A DNA stretch of 63,836 nucleotides, the filler included, from Folioceros fuciformis (taxonomy: Eukaryota): assembly GCA_049999805.1 (NCBI GenBank). It is 9 parts of 9 records of this genome, joined end to end, with 100 filler letters (N's around TTAATTAATTAA, not from the genome) between each part and the next. Parts side by side here need not be neighbours in the genome. Positions count along the whole stretch, not along the records: positions 38,307 to 45,703 come from JBNGIO010004388.1; positions 45,804 to 53,409 come from JBNGIO010004389.1; 7 more parts are not named here. One strand, given 5' to 3'. A model generated the notes under the pieces. The model ran no database searches, was not told where the DNA came from, and was given only the letters and a program-made list of their open reading frames with translations. The position numbers and the translations under genes were made by a program. Positions 38,307 through 51,399 of this stretch are shown piece after piece (position 1 is the stretch's first letter; each line of letters opens with the position of its first letter).

Positions 38307-38895
38307 AGGGGCTTGCCCCTAGCTCTTGATTGTAAAGGGTGTGTCTTTCTCTCAACCTGTCCACTCTTGTTCCTTGCTTGGTCAAGTGCTGTAGGCCGGC
38401 CATGTCTTATGGCGTCTGGTAAGGTTGTGGGGAGGAGATACCCAAGAGGGGAGTGTGTTCCCTTCTTCCTTTTGTTTGGGGTTAGTCTAGTGACTCTTGC
38501 CGGGTAGGAGGAGTCCGTAGGGAAGTGTAGAAGGTAGTGGTGTCGTTGCTGGTTGCTGGTGTTGGTGCTGGAGTGAGAGAGTGAGTGAAGTGTGTGAGGG
38601 AAGTCGCAGATCTGAGAGGTTAGAGTCGTTGTAGTGACTGGAGTGAGTTTGTGGGCACCAACAGAGGTGCAGCTAACCGTCGGACAGCGAGGCCTATCTT
38701 ACGCCTGATCGGAGCTGGAGGGGAGCCCTCGAATCCATCATCGAGTTGATCAAGTCCGACCCTCCATCCACAGCAGCAAGGAACCCCATCGCTCGTTTGT
38801 GGGAACGAAACCCAATGTCTCAACGACAGTGGGATAAGTGTGGCCACTAAAGGTGGAACCCGTTGGCAATCAGTGCCCGAGGTTTTGCCTCCACA
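38307..38895 (+). mobile_element. 3' part of an Athila-like LTR (different body, same U5)
   Basis: 38755-38895 matches 5880-6175. Ends CCACA with no PBS. Confidence 0.75.
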
Positions 38896-39180
38896 ACTGT
38901 ACAAGAAATCATTACCAACAAGTGGGAGTAAAGGAATACATGTGTTGGAGAGATGATTAGGGTTCAGTAGTTTAGTTAAGTTAAGAGCTTTTAAAGACAC
39001 ACCTTTTCATTAGGGTTACATCCTTTGATTAGGTCACAACGTTTCATAGGTGACTTAAGTTATTCTTATGAACTTATACATTATTATTGTATTATTGACA
39101 CAATGTTGATTATTTTAATATGTTTTATTGATTTGTAATTACCTGAATTTGTTAATGGTCACCAAAGTTGTAGCCCATGG

Positions 39181-39351
39181 TCTTGAAGGCATGGAGACCA
39201 AATAAGCTCCTTAGCTTCTAGAACTTCATTAGCTGCGTCTTGAAGGCATGGAGACCAAATAAGCTCCTTAGCTTCTAGAACTTCNNNNNNNNNNTCTTGA
39301 AGGCATGGAGACCAAATAAGCTCCTTAGCTTCTAGAACTTCATTAGCTGCG
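39181..39351. repeat. 57-bp tandem repeat, at least 3 copies
   Basis: TCTTGAAGGCATGGAGACCAAATAAGCTCC at 39181, 39238 and 39295. Confidence 0.85.
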
Positions 39352-39829
39352 AGCTAGAGGGAAGGAGGAGGAGGCTAGCAGGCATAATATGCTCCACACC
39401 GGCAAGGTGTGCAACATGTACGCGTGAACGCCTCCTCCTCCCTAGTGATCTCCTTGCAATGCATGAGTTTGCTACATTTTTCTTATGTGTCTAAATCCTA
39501 ACTGTAAAAACCATGATGTGTCACCCAAACCGTAAAAAAGAAACAGTAGTATGCCCTTGGTCCACAAGCCCCATATATTGTGAAAAAAAATAACTAGTGT
39601 ATGCTACGAGATGGGCTCAATGATGTAGCCATGTATTAAGCATACATGGCATATGTGAGAGATTCTTGAGTATATTCTCGTACAAAATACGCATATGAGA
39701 AAGAACAAATCGAGTATTTGGAGCATGTTCGTATCAGTATTCCATACTATTGCAATGAGAACGATCAAGAAAATATAGAATAAAATGAGTTATAAATCTC
39801 ATGTATAAATACAAGAGATTTATAATTCA

Positions 39830-40290
39830 TTTGGCTACGGTGGAGTGGTGTGGCCTAGGGTGGAGCGCGCTAGGATGGAGCGGTGTGGCCTAGGGTGGAG
39901 CGGGCTACGGTGGAGCGGTATGGCCTAGGGTGGAGGAGTATGGTGTGGTACGCTACGGTGTGGCCGTATACGTATACACAGGAGTGGTGTAGAGCATGGC
40001 TCAAGAGAGATAGAGGGAATGAGCGACGTGATGGAGTGTTAAAGGAGCAATATAAAAACAGTATGAGTGGTGTACGAGTGGTGTAGAATTGCTTGTAGGA
40101 ATGGTGTAGTAGATGAAAATGGGTGTTCAAGGAGCAATATAAAAACAATATGAGTGGTGTAGAATTGCTTGTAGGAATGGTATAGTAGATGAAAATGGGT
40201 GTTAAAGAAGCAATATAAAAACAGTATGAGTAGTATATGAGTGGTGTAGAATTGCTTGTAGGAATGGTGTAGTAGATGAAAATGGAATAC
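39830..40290. repeat. Short tandem repeats (GGCCTAGGGTGGAG x3; GAGTGGTGTAGAATTGCTTGTAGGAATGG x3)
   Basis: Direct inspection. Confidence 0.7.
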
Positions 40291-40309
40291 CAACATGGTG
40301 GAGCAAGCA

Positions 40310-41136
40310 ATTAAGGTTTAGAGTTTAGCGGCATGGCAAACCGAAATGAGTTTGGGGTTTAGTAGAATAGCATAGCAAAATGAGATTAGGATTTAGTGGC
40401 ATGGCAAAGCAACAAGGGTTTACAGTTTAAAAGCATGGCAACAGCAGAATGAATTTAGGGCATGACGGAGGAGAATAAGTGTAGGGTTTAGAGGCATTGT
40501 AATGAAAAATAGGTTTAGGGTTTAGTGGCATAATGGAGCAGAATGGGTTTAGGGTTTTGCCCTCTATGGGTTTAGGGTTTAGCCACATAGAGGGCATTAT
40601 AGGGTTATGGCAGAGTGAAAATATAGAAAATATAAAGCCACTCCATGAAAAGTGGGCATATGTGAGAGGTTCTTGAGAAAGAACAAATCGAGTATTTGGC
40701 GCATGTTGGTATCAATATTCCATACTATTGCAATGTGAAATATCAAGAAAATATACAATGGCAGAATGGAGTGGGTTTATGGTTTAGTGATATTAATGAA
40801 GTGGGTTTATATATTGTGTGAAAATAGAGTGGGTCCATTTTGTGAAAATATAGAAAATATAAAATGGCAAAATGGAGTGGGTTTAGGGTTTAGCGACATG
40901 GCAGAGTAGAATGGGTTTAGGGTTTAACGATATGGTAGAGAGAAATGAATTAGGGTTTTATCAGCATTATGGATCAAAATGGGTTTAAGGTTTAATGACA
41001 TGACATAGCTGAATAGGTTTAGGGTTCAATGACATGATGGAGAAAAGTGGGTTTAGGGTTTTATTAGCAGTGTGGAGAAAAATGGGTTTAGGGTTGAGCG
41101 GCTTAGAGTGGAGCATATGGAGGGCATTATAGGGTT
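40310..41136 (+). repeat. Degenerate minisatellite built around the plant telomere motif (GGGTTTAGGGTTT) with ~20-25-nt spacers
   Basis: TTTAGGGTTT at ~40514, 40548, 40571, 40882, 40916, 41053 and others. Confidence 0.7.
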
Positions 41137-41199
41137 GTGGGTTATAATGAGGAGTACAACTGTGTGGTTTTGATCATTTTTACAATACTTTCTACATGG

Positions 41200-43026
41200 G
41201 TTTATCACATGGTGCGTGACACCCAGCCTTTACCTGTCAAGGACACCCCTTGCCTAGTGTGCTCCGAGATCAAGGGGGTGAAGTGCCATATTGGTCATAA
41301 GCATAAGGACTTCGACAAGACCACTTGGGTGGCACAAGTGCGACTTACTTCTTCCTCCGAACCAGCTGCCAATCTTCTTCCAACAGATCCTCTAGGGCTA
41401 TCCTTTGAGGCATGGTTGTGGCTTAGATTATTTTTCTCCTAAGGATCCCTCAAGTGGGTTTTCAGAGCTTTATACACTAGCAGCTGCTGTGGTTAGGGGT
41501 GAAGTTCCTAATCGAATCTCTCAAGTTTTGACGGCTAGTAGGCTGCTTGTATTAGAAAAGCCCACCTCAGAAGTGTGCCCTATTGTTGTGGGGGAGGTAT
41601 TTCTGCGCGTTATCAGCCGAAGTATCGCAATTCAACTTTGGGAGCACTTCCAAGCCCATCTTGCACCCCACCAATTTGAGATTGCTACCTCAGGTGGGTG
41701 TCAATATGCTGCCCTTGGCATCCAGGTGGCCCTCGAGATACATCCTCACTGAGTAGCTTTGCAGGTTGATTTTGAGAATGCTTTCGACGCCATCTCTAGG
41801 GTCGCCATCTTCTTAGAGCTCAAGAGTGCAAGAGGTCAATCGACAAGTCTTATCCCTTTTGTTTGATCCTTCTATAGCTTGCCATCCAAGCTCTACTACC
41901 AACACGGCCCGACTATTGAGGGGGTCTCAGGTTTTGATTCAGCAATAGGCACAAGGCAAGGGGATCCGCTTGGGGGTGCTCTTTTTGCACTGGCGCATTT
42001 TTTAGCGTTGTTCTCTATTGCCTTAGCATTTCGGGAATGCCTTTTCTCTTCCTTGGCTGATGATACTCATATTCTTGGGCAAGGAGTCACAGTCGAAGCA
42101 GCATTTGATTTCTTCTCATTAGAGCTCTCCAAGGTGGGGTTGTGGGTTAAGCTATCTAAATCCAGGGTTTGTTCCCCTTCAGACATCACTTCTCCCCTTC
42201 AATATTCGGGGGGAGGGATATCACCCCCTCTCAAGGACTTCAAGTCTTGGGTGTGCCTGTGGGACCTCCTGATTTTGTTCATAGGTTTGTGGATGAAGCA
42301 TTGGATGAAGATTTGGTTCATATTAAGGACCTCTCAGAAATCAGTGATCCTCACATTGCGTTTGGTATTCTTCTTGTTTTGCACATTGAACAGGTTACCT
42401 CAATAAAACTATTGCACCTTCTCTAGTTTTCGTATAAAGTCTTAAGAAGTTTGACAATCAAGTTATGCAGGCTCTTGGGGACAACATAGGTCTCGGCACC
42501 TTCGAGTGTGCCGCCAGTGATTTGGCTCAAGAGCAAGCTTCCTTGCCGGTTGCTTTTAGAGGGGTTGGTCTTTTGGCCATGGAGGCCTCGACCCCAGCTG
42601 CCTTTCTCGGCCGGGCCTCTCAGCTCCAATTTTGGCCTCATTTTTTGCTGCAAGATTCCCCTGTTTTTGAAAGTTTTATCTCTTAGGTAAGCGAGGGATT
42701 CTTTACCTTTGAAGGCTCATAAGGCTTTACCTCCTTTCACCTCCTTTTCTAGGAAAGGGTTGAAGGGTCTCCAAGCCTCCCTCTTACAAAAGCAATATGG
42801 CCAAGCACTAAGAGCCCTTCTTTCATACTCATCCATCCCTAGGTCTTCTCGAGCTTGTATTTGATCTTGTTCAAGTAAAGGAGCGGGCTCTTGGCTTCTG
42901 GCTCGACCTTGCATCCAGGCGTTTCAAATCGTACCAACAACTTTTGCCACTGCGATGAGATTTCGCTTAGGTTTGGCCCACCTCTTGGCTTTTTCTCTCT
43001 CTACATGCAGTTGTGGGGTTGTCATT
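41200..43026 (+). mobile_element. CRE/SLACS-like non-LTR retrotransposon RT, decayed, interrupted by a Copia at 43027
   Basis: LEKP..VCPIVVGE..R, HQF....GGC, LQVDFENAFD, GTRQGDPLG, ADD, LGVPVG, LPV...GVG, GAGSWLLA.P....F...MRFRLG..CSCG. Confidence 0.75.
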
Positions 43027-45703
43027 TGTTGTATTTTCGAGGTGCGAGGCAGGAGTGCGAGAGACACTTACAAAAACGGTGTAGTGTATTTTGGCGAGAA
43101 TGAGTTACATGTACAATAACTGTCAACCGTTCCTACCTTCACGCGCGCGCACACGCAGCCACGACCTAAACTTATTAACCGTTCAAGTTGCCCCAACGTA
43201 AACCTAACTAGGACTATATATGCATGAGTGTGGGTTGCATTACGCTCCCCAACACCCCCACTCATCACTCACTCATGTCTAAGCCGCCATTTGCTATGTG
43301 GATCAACTTGCAAATCTGCCTTCTGAGTGTCTCCAGCAAGATCCTCCGCGCTGCTCACCTCCGGCACGTAGTCTCTGGGACACCATAGCAGCTGCGAGCT
43401 GGGTGGACAGTCAATTTTCCTACTATGACTGCCACTACCTGCCTCTTGAGCACCGCAAGTTGTTGCCAGTTGGTCGCCACGATGGCTGTTCGCTTGTTTG
43501 CATAGGAGAAGATTGGGCGCCGAGTAGCTACCTGTGTTGGCGGACTGGGTTGTGGATGAAAAGCACCTCCAAGCACATCAATTCGCCTCCACAAGTGACC
43601 ACCTTCTATGGCAAGCTCCCAAACCCTCTCTTCTGCAGCTTGTCAGCTTGTGTGTGTCTCATGGGTCTTTCTTGTCCAGTGCCAGACTTGCAGCTATAGG
43701 CTGCCGACTCAATCTTGTATGACAGGTATGTTCTGACTCTCAAGACAGCAGTTCAAAGCATGCAATTCTGTCTAGCACACTAACTTCCTAATTGTTCTCC
43801 TTAGGGCAGAAGGCCTAGCTTCCTGTAGTGCTTCGTGTGGGCTTCACTTGGCATGGCCTTGGTGAGGATATCCGCTGGGTTTTCATTGGTATTGATGTAG
43901 CTCAGAACAATTTCCCCACGCACCACCACATCTCGGATGAAGTGGTGGTGCACCTCTATATGTTTGGTGTGAGCGTGCAACACTGGATTGCTCGCAAGGG
44001 CAATCGCTCCCTGGTTATCACAATGCAAGCAAGTTGGTACCTCTTGTGTCTGTCTGATGTCCTCCTGGCACCTTCGATCCCACATAGCCTCTGTTGAAAT
44101 AGCACCACAGGCCTAGAAGGACTCCACAGTTCCTTACTTATGGTGCACAGGATGCTACATTTATAGTCTTTAGGTGGGGCAACCCTCGATAAGGTAAGCC
44201 TTAGTCTCGAGGGTGCAATATCCTAGTATATCCTAATATATCCTGATAACACTTAGGTGATAGATAACTATGAGTTCAATATGGGATAATCTACACTATC
44301 CTAAGTGTTGTATGCTCTTAATAACAATTGAGTTAGAGCTTGATTTCTAACAGCCTCTTTGGCAGCTACTGTAAGGGTTTTGTATTCTGCCTCCATACTG
44401 GAGAGGCAGATGCTTGCATTTCTTTTGCAAGACCAGGCTACAGGGCCTCCAGCAAGCGTGAAGACATACGCTGCAATCGACTTGCGGCTGTCGGGGTCGG
44501 CAGCCCATTCGCTGTCGCAATACCCTTCCAGCAATAGCACCTTCTCACCTGACCCCGTGTAAGTGATGCATAAGTCCATTGTTCCTTTGAGATAGCGAAA
44601 GATTCGCTTTACCTGAGTCTAATGCTCTCTCCCGAAGTGTGCAAGAAACTGGGAAACAAGGTGGACAGGGAAAGCGATGTTCGTCCTTGTCAGGCAGGTA
44701 AGGAAGATAAGAGTGCCGACTGCCTGTTTGTACGGCACCTTTGCCATGTCTCTGACCTCCTCCTCTATGCTTGCAGCTTGATCCTTTGTAAGCTTGATGC
44801 CGGTTGTCAAAGGTGTTGCTGCTGCATGCGCATCTGCCAAATTGAACTTCACTAGGCTTATCGAGGATATACTTTCGTTGTGACAAGGTAAGTATCCTAT
44901 TTTTCCTGTCACGCTTAATCTCAACACCCAAGCACCAGGTCAGCTCACCAATATCTGTCATGTCAAATTCTGCTTTCAGAAGATTTTTCACCATGCCCAT
45001 CAAGCTGCTTGGACTAGGCATTCCTACCATGACCAAGTCATTGACATACACCATGAGCATGAGATATGCTCCGCCTTTCCTCAAGATATACAGGTTTGTG
45101 TCCACCATTGACTTCTGAAACCCGCATTTGCTGACTAGGAAACCATCCAAACAAGTGTGCCAAGCCCTGGGGCTTTGCTTCAGCCCATACAAAGTCTTGT
45201 GGAGTTTGCACACTAAGTTTTCTTTGCCTTTCTGGATGTAACCTTCAGGTTGCGACATGTATATTTCCTCTTCAAGCTGCCCGTTGAGGAAAGCGGTACG
45301 GACATCCATTTGCTGCAAGTCGAGATCACAGTGTGCAGCCACAGTAAGCACCATGCGTAGTGTTGGGAACTTGATCACCGGGGCAAACGTTTCAAAGTAA
45401 TCTTCGCCTGGTTTCTGTGAGAACCCATGAACCACTAGCCCTGCTTTATACCTCTTGATAGATCCATCCGCTTTATACTTTGTTTTAAATACCCATTTGC
45501 ATGAGATGGCCCTTCGGTTTGGTGGTAGAGGTTGCAGTGACCACGTCCCATTCTTGATCAGGGAATCGTACTCCTCCTTAACAGCCTGCTTCCACTTGCT
45601 TGAGTCAGGACCAGAATAGACTTCTTTCATAGTTAGTGGGTCTCTAGGGTCCACTTGTAGAGATCTACGAGGGATCGAGGATGCAAGATTAGGAAGCTTA
45701 TTA
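43027..45703 (-). mobile_element. Ty1/Copia RT-RNaseH with PPT and 3' LTR (43254-43027)
   Basis: CKWVFK, DYFETFAPV, QMDVRTAFLNG, GYCDSEWA, CDNQGAI, TKHIEV. PPT GAGTGGGGG then TGTTG...CAACA. Confidence 0.92.
44092..44352. mobile_element. Solo LTR (261 bp) with 5-bp TSD GCCTC inside the Copia RNaseH
   Basis: TGTTG...TAACA, with GCCTC at 44087-44091 and 44353-44357. Removal restores AAKEAMWDRR. Confidence 0.9.
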
Positions 45704-45803
45704 NNNNNNNNNNNNNNNNNNNNNNNNNNNNNNNNNNNNNNNNNNNNTTAATTAATTAANNNNNNNNNNNNNNNNNNNNNNNNNNNNNNNNNNNNNNNNN
45801 NNN

Positions 45804-48800
45804 AGATTCCTTTTCCTAGGGCACCTGCACATCGTGCGTCCAACATTCTAGAATTAGTTCATGCAGACATATCTGACAAGATACATATACCTAGTCTGGG
45901 AGGTGCACAATATTATTTAACCCTCACAGACGACTACAGCCATTACTCCTGGACTTACCCTATTGTTTTGAAGTCCGAGACTTTTACTGTGTTCCAAGAG
46001 TGGCTTGCTATGGTGCAGAGGCAACAGGGTGCTTGCTCAAATGTCTCCGCACTGACAACAGCTCAGAATTTGTGAATGCTCACTTTGACCTGTTTCTGCT
46101 TGACAGTGGTGTCATCAGGCAGTTGATTGTGCCATACACCTAGCAACAAAATGGAGTTGCTGAGCAGCGCCATCAGACCCTATTGGGCATGACAAGAAGC
46201 ATGTTAGAATGGTCTGGCTTGAGCAAGACTTTCTGGGCGGAAGCAGTGGTAACTACTACTTACATTCTGAATCATCTCTTGACAAGTGCAGTGCCTGGGC
46301 AGACTCCCTTTGAAGTCATATGGAGGAGAAAACCCAGCCTTCTTCATCTCAGGGTGTTTGGGTCTCCAGCTTACGTTTATATCCCTGCGGAGAAACGCAA
46401 GAAACTCAAAGACAGGGCAAAGCCTATGCTTTTCGTAGGATATGGCGAAGAAGCAAAGGCATACAAATTATATGACACACTTACAAAGACAGCAGTATTT
46501 GCTCGCAGTGTGACGTTCAAGGAGCTCCTTTGCCCGGCCAAGCCCTATTTTGATTCTCTGCCACATCACCAGGAGTCCGTTACTCACATTGATCTGACGA
46601 ACATGGATGATTCTTCAATTTTTCCACAAGATTATGTTCCTTCAGAACCTGGATAGTCCTTAGCATCCGTTCCGTCAGTTCCACCTCCAGTTCAGCAGCC
46701 AGCTCATGTTCTACCTCCTGTAGCGGGATAGGACCCTGTAGCAGTTCCTGTTCTTGCTGATCTTCCCCCTCAAGATGCTTTGCCGGCTGATCCTCACCGT
46801 GAAGATGCTGCAGACCATGCTGATTTTGCAGATGATGTTTCACATACATCTCTGTCAGACTCTGCTAGTGACATCTCTGTTGTTGCTGAGGACCCCGCCG
46901 TCCCTCTTGTTTTTCTTCCAGACCCTGAGCCACCTCCTCGTTATCCTACTCGCCAACGTCTGCCTCCTTCTCAGTGGGCAACGCCTCCTTATGCCTCCAT
47001 AGATTTCCGTAGACCTAGAGCCGGTGTTTCCCTTCCACAGTCTTCACCCTCTCCCTTAGATGCTGGTTCCTCTATCAAGCCAGAGCCTCGGTCTTACACA
47101 GAAGCTATCGAGGGCCCTGACAAGGATTTTTGGATTCCCTCTATTCAGGATGAGTATCAATCTCTCGTGAAAAATGATACATGGGAACTTTGTCCCCTGC
47201 CAGCAGGAAGAAAGGTGGTAAGCTGCAAATGGGTTTTCAAGCACAAATTGAACGCAGATAGTGAGATAGCTAGATATAAATCTTGCCTCGTTGCTCGTGG
47301 GTTTACACAAGTGCCTAGCGTGGACTTCACCGACACTTTCAGCCCTGTGGTTAAGACTCATTCCATCCGCATGATACTAGCCCTCGCTGTTGCCAATGCT
47401 TGGGATCTTCAGCAGATGGATGTCTGCACAGCATTTTTATATGGCGAGTTAGAAGAGGATATTTATATGGCTCAACCCGAGGGTTTCACTGATCTTGACC
47501 ACCCTGATTGGGTCTGTCGCCTAAAGAAAACGATCTACGGCCTTAAACAATCAGCTAGAGAGTGGTATAGAACAATTGATGCATATCTCAAGTCTATTGG
47601 TTTTCTTCAGAATCCTGGGGACGCCAATGTTTACCTCTATGCTTCAGATGGCCAAATTGTTATTTTGGCCCTGTATGTAGATGATGCTGTATTAGCATCC
47701 AATGATCCTGGTTTGTTAGCTTGGGTCAAGCAAATGCTACATCAGAAATTTGATATGAAGGATATCGGTTCTCTTACCTTTGTTCTTGGTGTTCAACTTG
47801 TTCATGATTTGCCTTCCCGTACTATCATGCTCCACCAAGCCAAGTACATTCGTGAGACCCTTCATCGTTTTCAGCTGGAGTCTGCTCATCCCGTTTCCAC
47901 TCCTGGGGTCCCTGGCGCTAAACTCTCAGCTGCTCAGAGTCCTCAGACTGATGTTGACAAACAGGATATGGCCCTTGTTCCTTATCGTCATGCTGTCGGT
48001 TGCTTGAATTATATCAGCTGTTGGACTCGTCCAGACATTCAGTATGCCATCAGTGTCGTCTCCCAGTTTCTTGATAACCCTGGCAGAGAGCATTGGGGAG
48101 CTGTTAAACGCATTCTGCGGTATTTGAAGGGTACTTTGCATTACGGCTTATGCTTCAGGGGGCGAAATACCGAGACTGAGCTTACCATTGCTGGCTTTGC
48201 TGATGCTGACTGGGCCACTGATCCCGATGCTTGGAGAAGCATATCCGCTTACTGCTTTACCCTGTCAAATGCAGCCATCCACTGGAGTTCAAAGAAGCAA
48301 TTTTCAGTAGCACTCTCCTCCACGGAGGCTGAGTACAAAGCTTTACCTGAAGCAGCTAAGGAAGCAATCTGGGAACGCTGTTTTATGAAAGGCCTTGGTT
48401 TCCAGCAGTCACAGCCGACATCTATCTTCTGTGATAACAGATCAACCATTGCCATGACGGCTAACCCAAGATTCCATGCCCGTACAAAGCACATAGAAGT
48501 GCATCACCACTTTATTCGCCATTCTGTGGAAGAGAAGGAAGTCAAGATTCAGCACATTTCCACAGACTACAACCCTGCAGATTTGCTCACGAAATATTTT
48601 CCCGCTCGTAAACAACTGCTACACATGGAAGCTCTAGGAGTGAAGGACTGCTCTCCACCAACGACGTTGTCCACCTGACTACCAACATTGTTGCGTATGG
48701 TGGATGAAGCTTCATCACGTACCCAATCGCATACTGCAGAGCAGTCGTTGGTTCTCAGGTTACTCTGGAGGCAGCGGACTGGCAGCTGCGCGCTTCAGTT

Positions 48801-49255
48801 GCTCTTCAAGGGTCTCTTCTTCCATGTTGAATGTTGGCTCGTCCTCCAGCTCTCTAACAGCGAGTGAGACGCCGAACCGACATTCCCAGCTCGCGATCTG
48901 CCATCTTTGCTCTGTTGCGAGCTCCCTCCATTTGTTGTGACCGTGCTGGTTTTTCCTAACCCTCGTGCGCCTTCTCCTTTTCTCTGCTCCTCACATACAT
49001 GGTGATACAAGAGGAATACCGCGATCAGGAAGGCACAGAGTGTTAGCAGTGTGTTCACAGTCTCCGCCATCCGCGTGTCACTCCGTTATCAACAGCGTGC
49101 TCTGTTTACGGGGGCGTGTTGAGAATGAACTCCCGTTAGGGTTCATGGTCATATAAACTGACAAGCTGTTAATAATAGTTAATTAGTTATATGAACAGAT
49201 GTGAATATACACAAGTTTTGTATAAGACATATTGTGTAATTAACTAAAATTATTA
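45804..49255 (+). mobile_element. Ty1/Copia integrase-RT-RNaseH, PPT and short 3' LTR (~49117-49255)
   Basis: 632-aa open RT/RNaseH frame 46780-48678 (QMDV, YVDD, ADADWA). GGGGGCG then TGTTG at 49117. Confidence 0.92.
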
Positions 49256-50120
49256 GTCTAAGTCTCTATATATTCTCCTGTCAGTTACTAGCAAATCCAT
49301 AAAACTTTTAAAATAAAATTTGTGAGCATCACCACTCAACAAGTTCCCCAACAAAGTAAATTCATACCTAGGATCTAATTCAATGTCTTCACCACCACAC
49401 TCCTGTAACTTGATCATATAAAACTTGCACATCAACTGATTAATAGACACTAATGACTTCGGACGTCCTGAATACTTCTCACTTCTTGCAGGTAGCACCA
49501 CTCCACCTCTGCCTTTCTTCTCCAGTCCGAAAACTTTGTCAGTTGGTGAGATTAACATTTGACTGTCTTGTCCTCCCATCAATTTTATTGACTTGTCCAC
49601 ACCTCCTGGATGCTCCTGCGTCCCCGTAGCCTCCACAGTTTGGTTTTGAACATCCATAACAAGTTCTTTGTCTCTAATTACAAACCCTCTCTCCTTACAT
49701 AAATGCCTCCATTCCTCATCTGAGAACTGTGGTCTCTCCCCCCTTGCCTCTATTCCTTCAGATGTTTTATGCTTTTAACCCAAGTCCTAATTAAGCGATG
49801 TATTCTCAACTTCTTCCTCTCCTTCACTACTTAAGGCATTCACCCTATGCGGAATCCTTCCTTCCTCTTCCAACACACTTCCTNNNNNNNNNNNNNNNNN
49901 NNNNNNNNNNNNNNNNNNNNNNNNNNNNNNNNNNNNNNNNNNNNNNNNNNNNNNNNNNNNNNNNNNNNNNNNNNNNNNNNNNNATTCTCTCCCTCCCATT
50001 TATCCTTAGTCGCCCCACCTTTCTCTTAAATCTTTTATCCCTATTTCTACTCCCCATCACTCTGTCGTTAAGTTTCTCAACTTCCCCATTCTCAACCTCA
50101 TGATTTGACCTTGGAGACAA
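49256..50120 (-). mobile_element. Gag-like ORF remnant of a Gypsy element
   Basis: EKYSG....L...F......LLSGDAHKFY resembles a capsid N-terminus. Cut by the Copia LTR. Confidence 0.45.
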
Positions 50121-51399
50121 TCATGCTTGTCTTGCACTAGCTCATGTAATTCTAACACCCTTGGACTTAGGTTTCCTCATGTTAAAAAGTTTATAATGAG
50201 CTTAACCAAATTAACAAGTCAAGGTTTGATAACTTTTGAAGCTACTCTGTTTCTACACTAATTTATGTCCAAACCAACACGGAAATAGTGTAGAATACAC
50301 CAGCTCAAAAACTAGACGTCTTATAGCATTCCACACTAAGTTCTCTCTCCTTTCAATCTAAACACGCCACGAAGCTGTCTACATCTGCAAAATGCCTCTT
50401 AAGCACTACAAGACCTTCACAAAATACTTCCAACTAACTCCAACTGCACAGTTTGGAGCACCCTATGATAAGGTGTTGCAAACTTTGCTACCTTCATTTT
50501 TTTCTTCCTCTTCTTCTTTGGACTTTTGATCCTCCTTTGCAATTTGGTCACTCTTTTCTTCCTTCTTCTCTTTAGCTTCTACTACATTCTCTTTCGCAAG
50601 CTCACACTCTTTGACATGTTCAGATTGACCTACACAACTTCTATTACACTTTACACCCACGTTGTCCACTAATCATTTCTAAACAGTTCTTTAGCTTAGC
50701 TCTCAAAACAGTCTTTTACATAGATGAATAGAACTTTGACCATGTACACTCTTTAGCCTATCTCTAAGCTGCAGGTCCTCCCTCACTACTACTACTTACT
50801 GATTTCAAACAAATACTATGAATTACAGGCTCATTAACAAACTTTTCTAAGTTAAGCCTATTAGATCTTCTCACTGGAAGATTTCCAATCTCTGCACCAT
50901 CAGCAACCTTCCATCTAGCAAAGCCTCTAGGATACGTTCTTCCCCTCCCGGCCTGATAGCTTGAGCTTCTCTTGGGAAGATCCCATTACGAGTGGCTGAG
51001 AGAACCAGGTTTGCCAGAGCTGGGCGAGAGCTTACGGCTAGGGAGGTGTAGAAGCAACGTGAGTTAGAAGACATCCGTTCTACGAGTCTGCTGAGAGGGT
51101 AAGGAGTAGCGTCAACTTTTGGGAATCTGAGAGGGCGGCAGCAGGACGTTGCTTTTGAAGTTATTTCAAGGTAGCATCATCAGCTAAAGAAAGGGGAGTC
51201 TCGACTACGAAGGGGGAGTGTCGGGAGCAGTCGAAAAGGTTTGGAGGAGCCTAGGAAAGTTGATCAAGCTCCCCTTTAATTTTCTCCACCTTTCTCAGGC
51301 GGCTGAGTTGGAGAGATTGCGGGGAGCAGGGCTAAGCCATGGTTTGGAAAGGCGATTGTTAGTGTATGTGGGCCGCCCGTGTGGATTTGACATAGCGAT

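Noticed and set aside
40310-41136. True telomere
   Set aside because: No pure (TTTAGGG)n tract; motifs are dimers separated by spacers and are contig-internal
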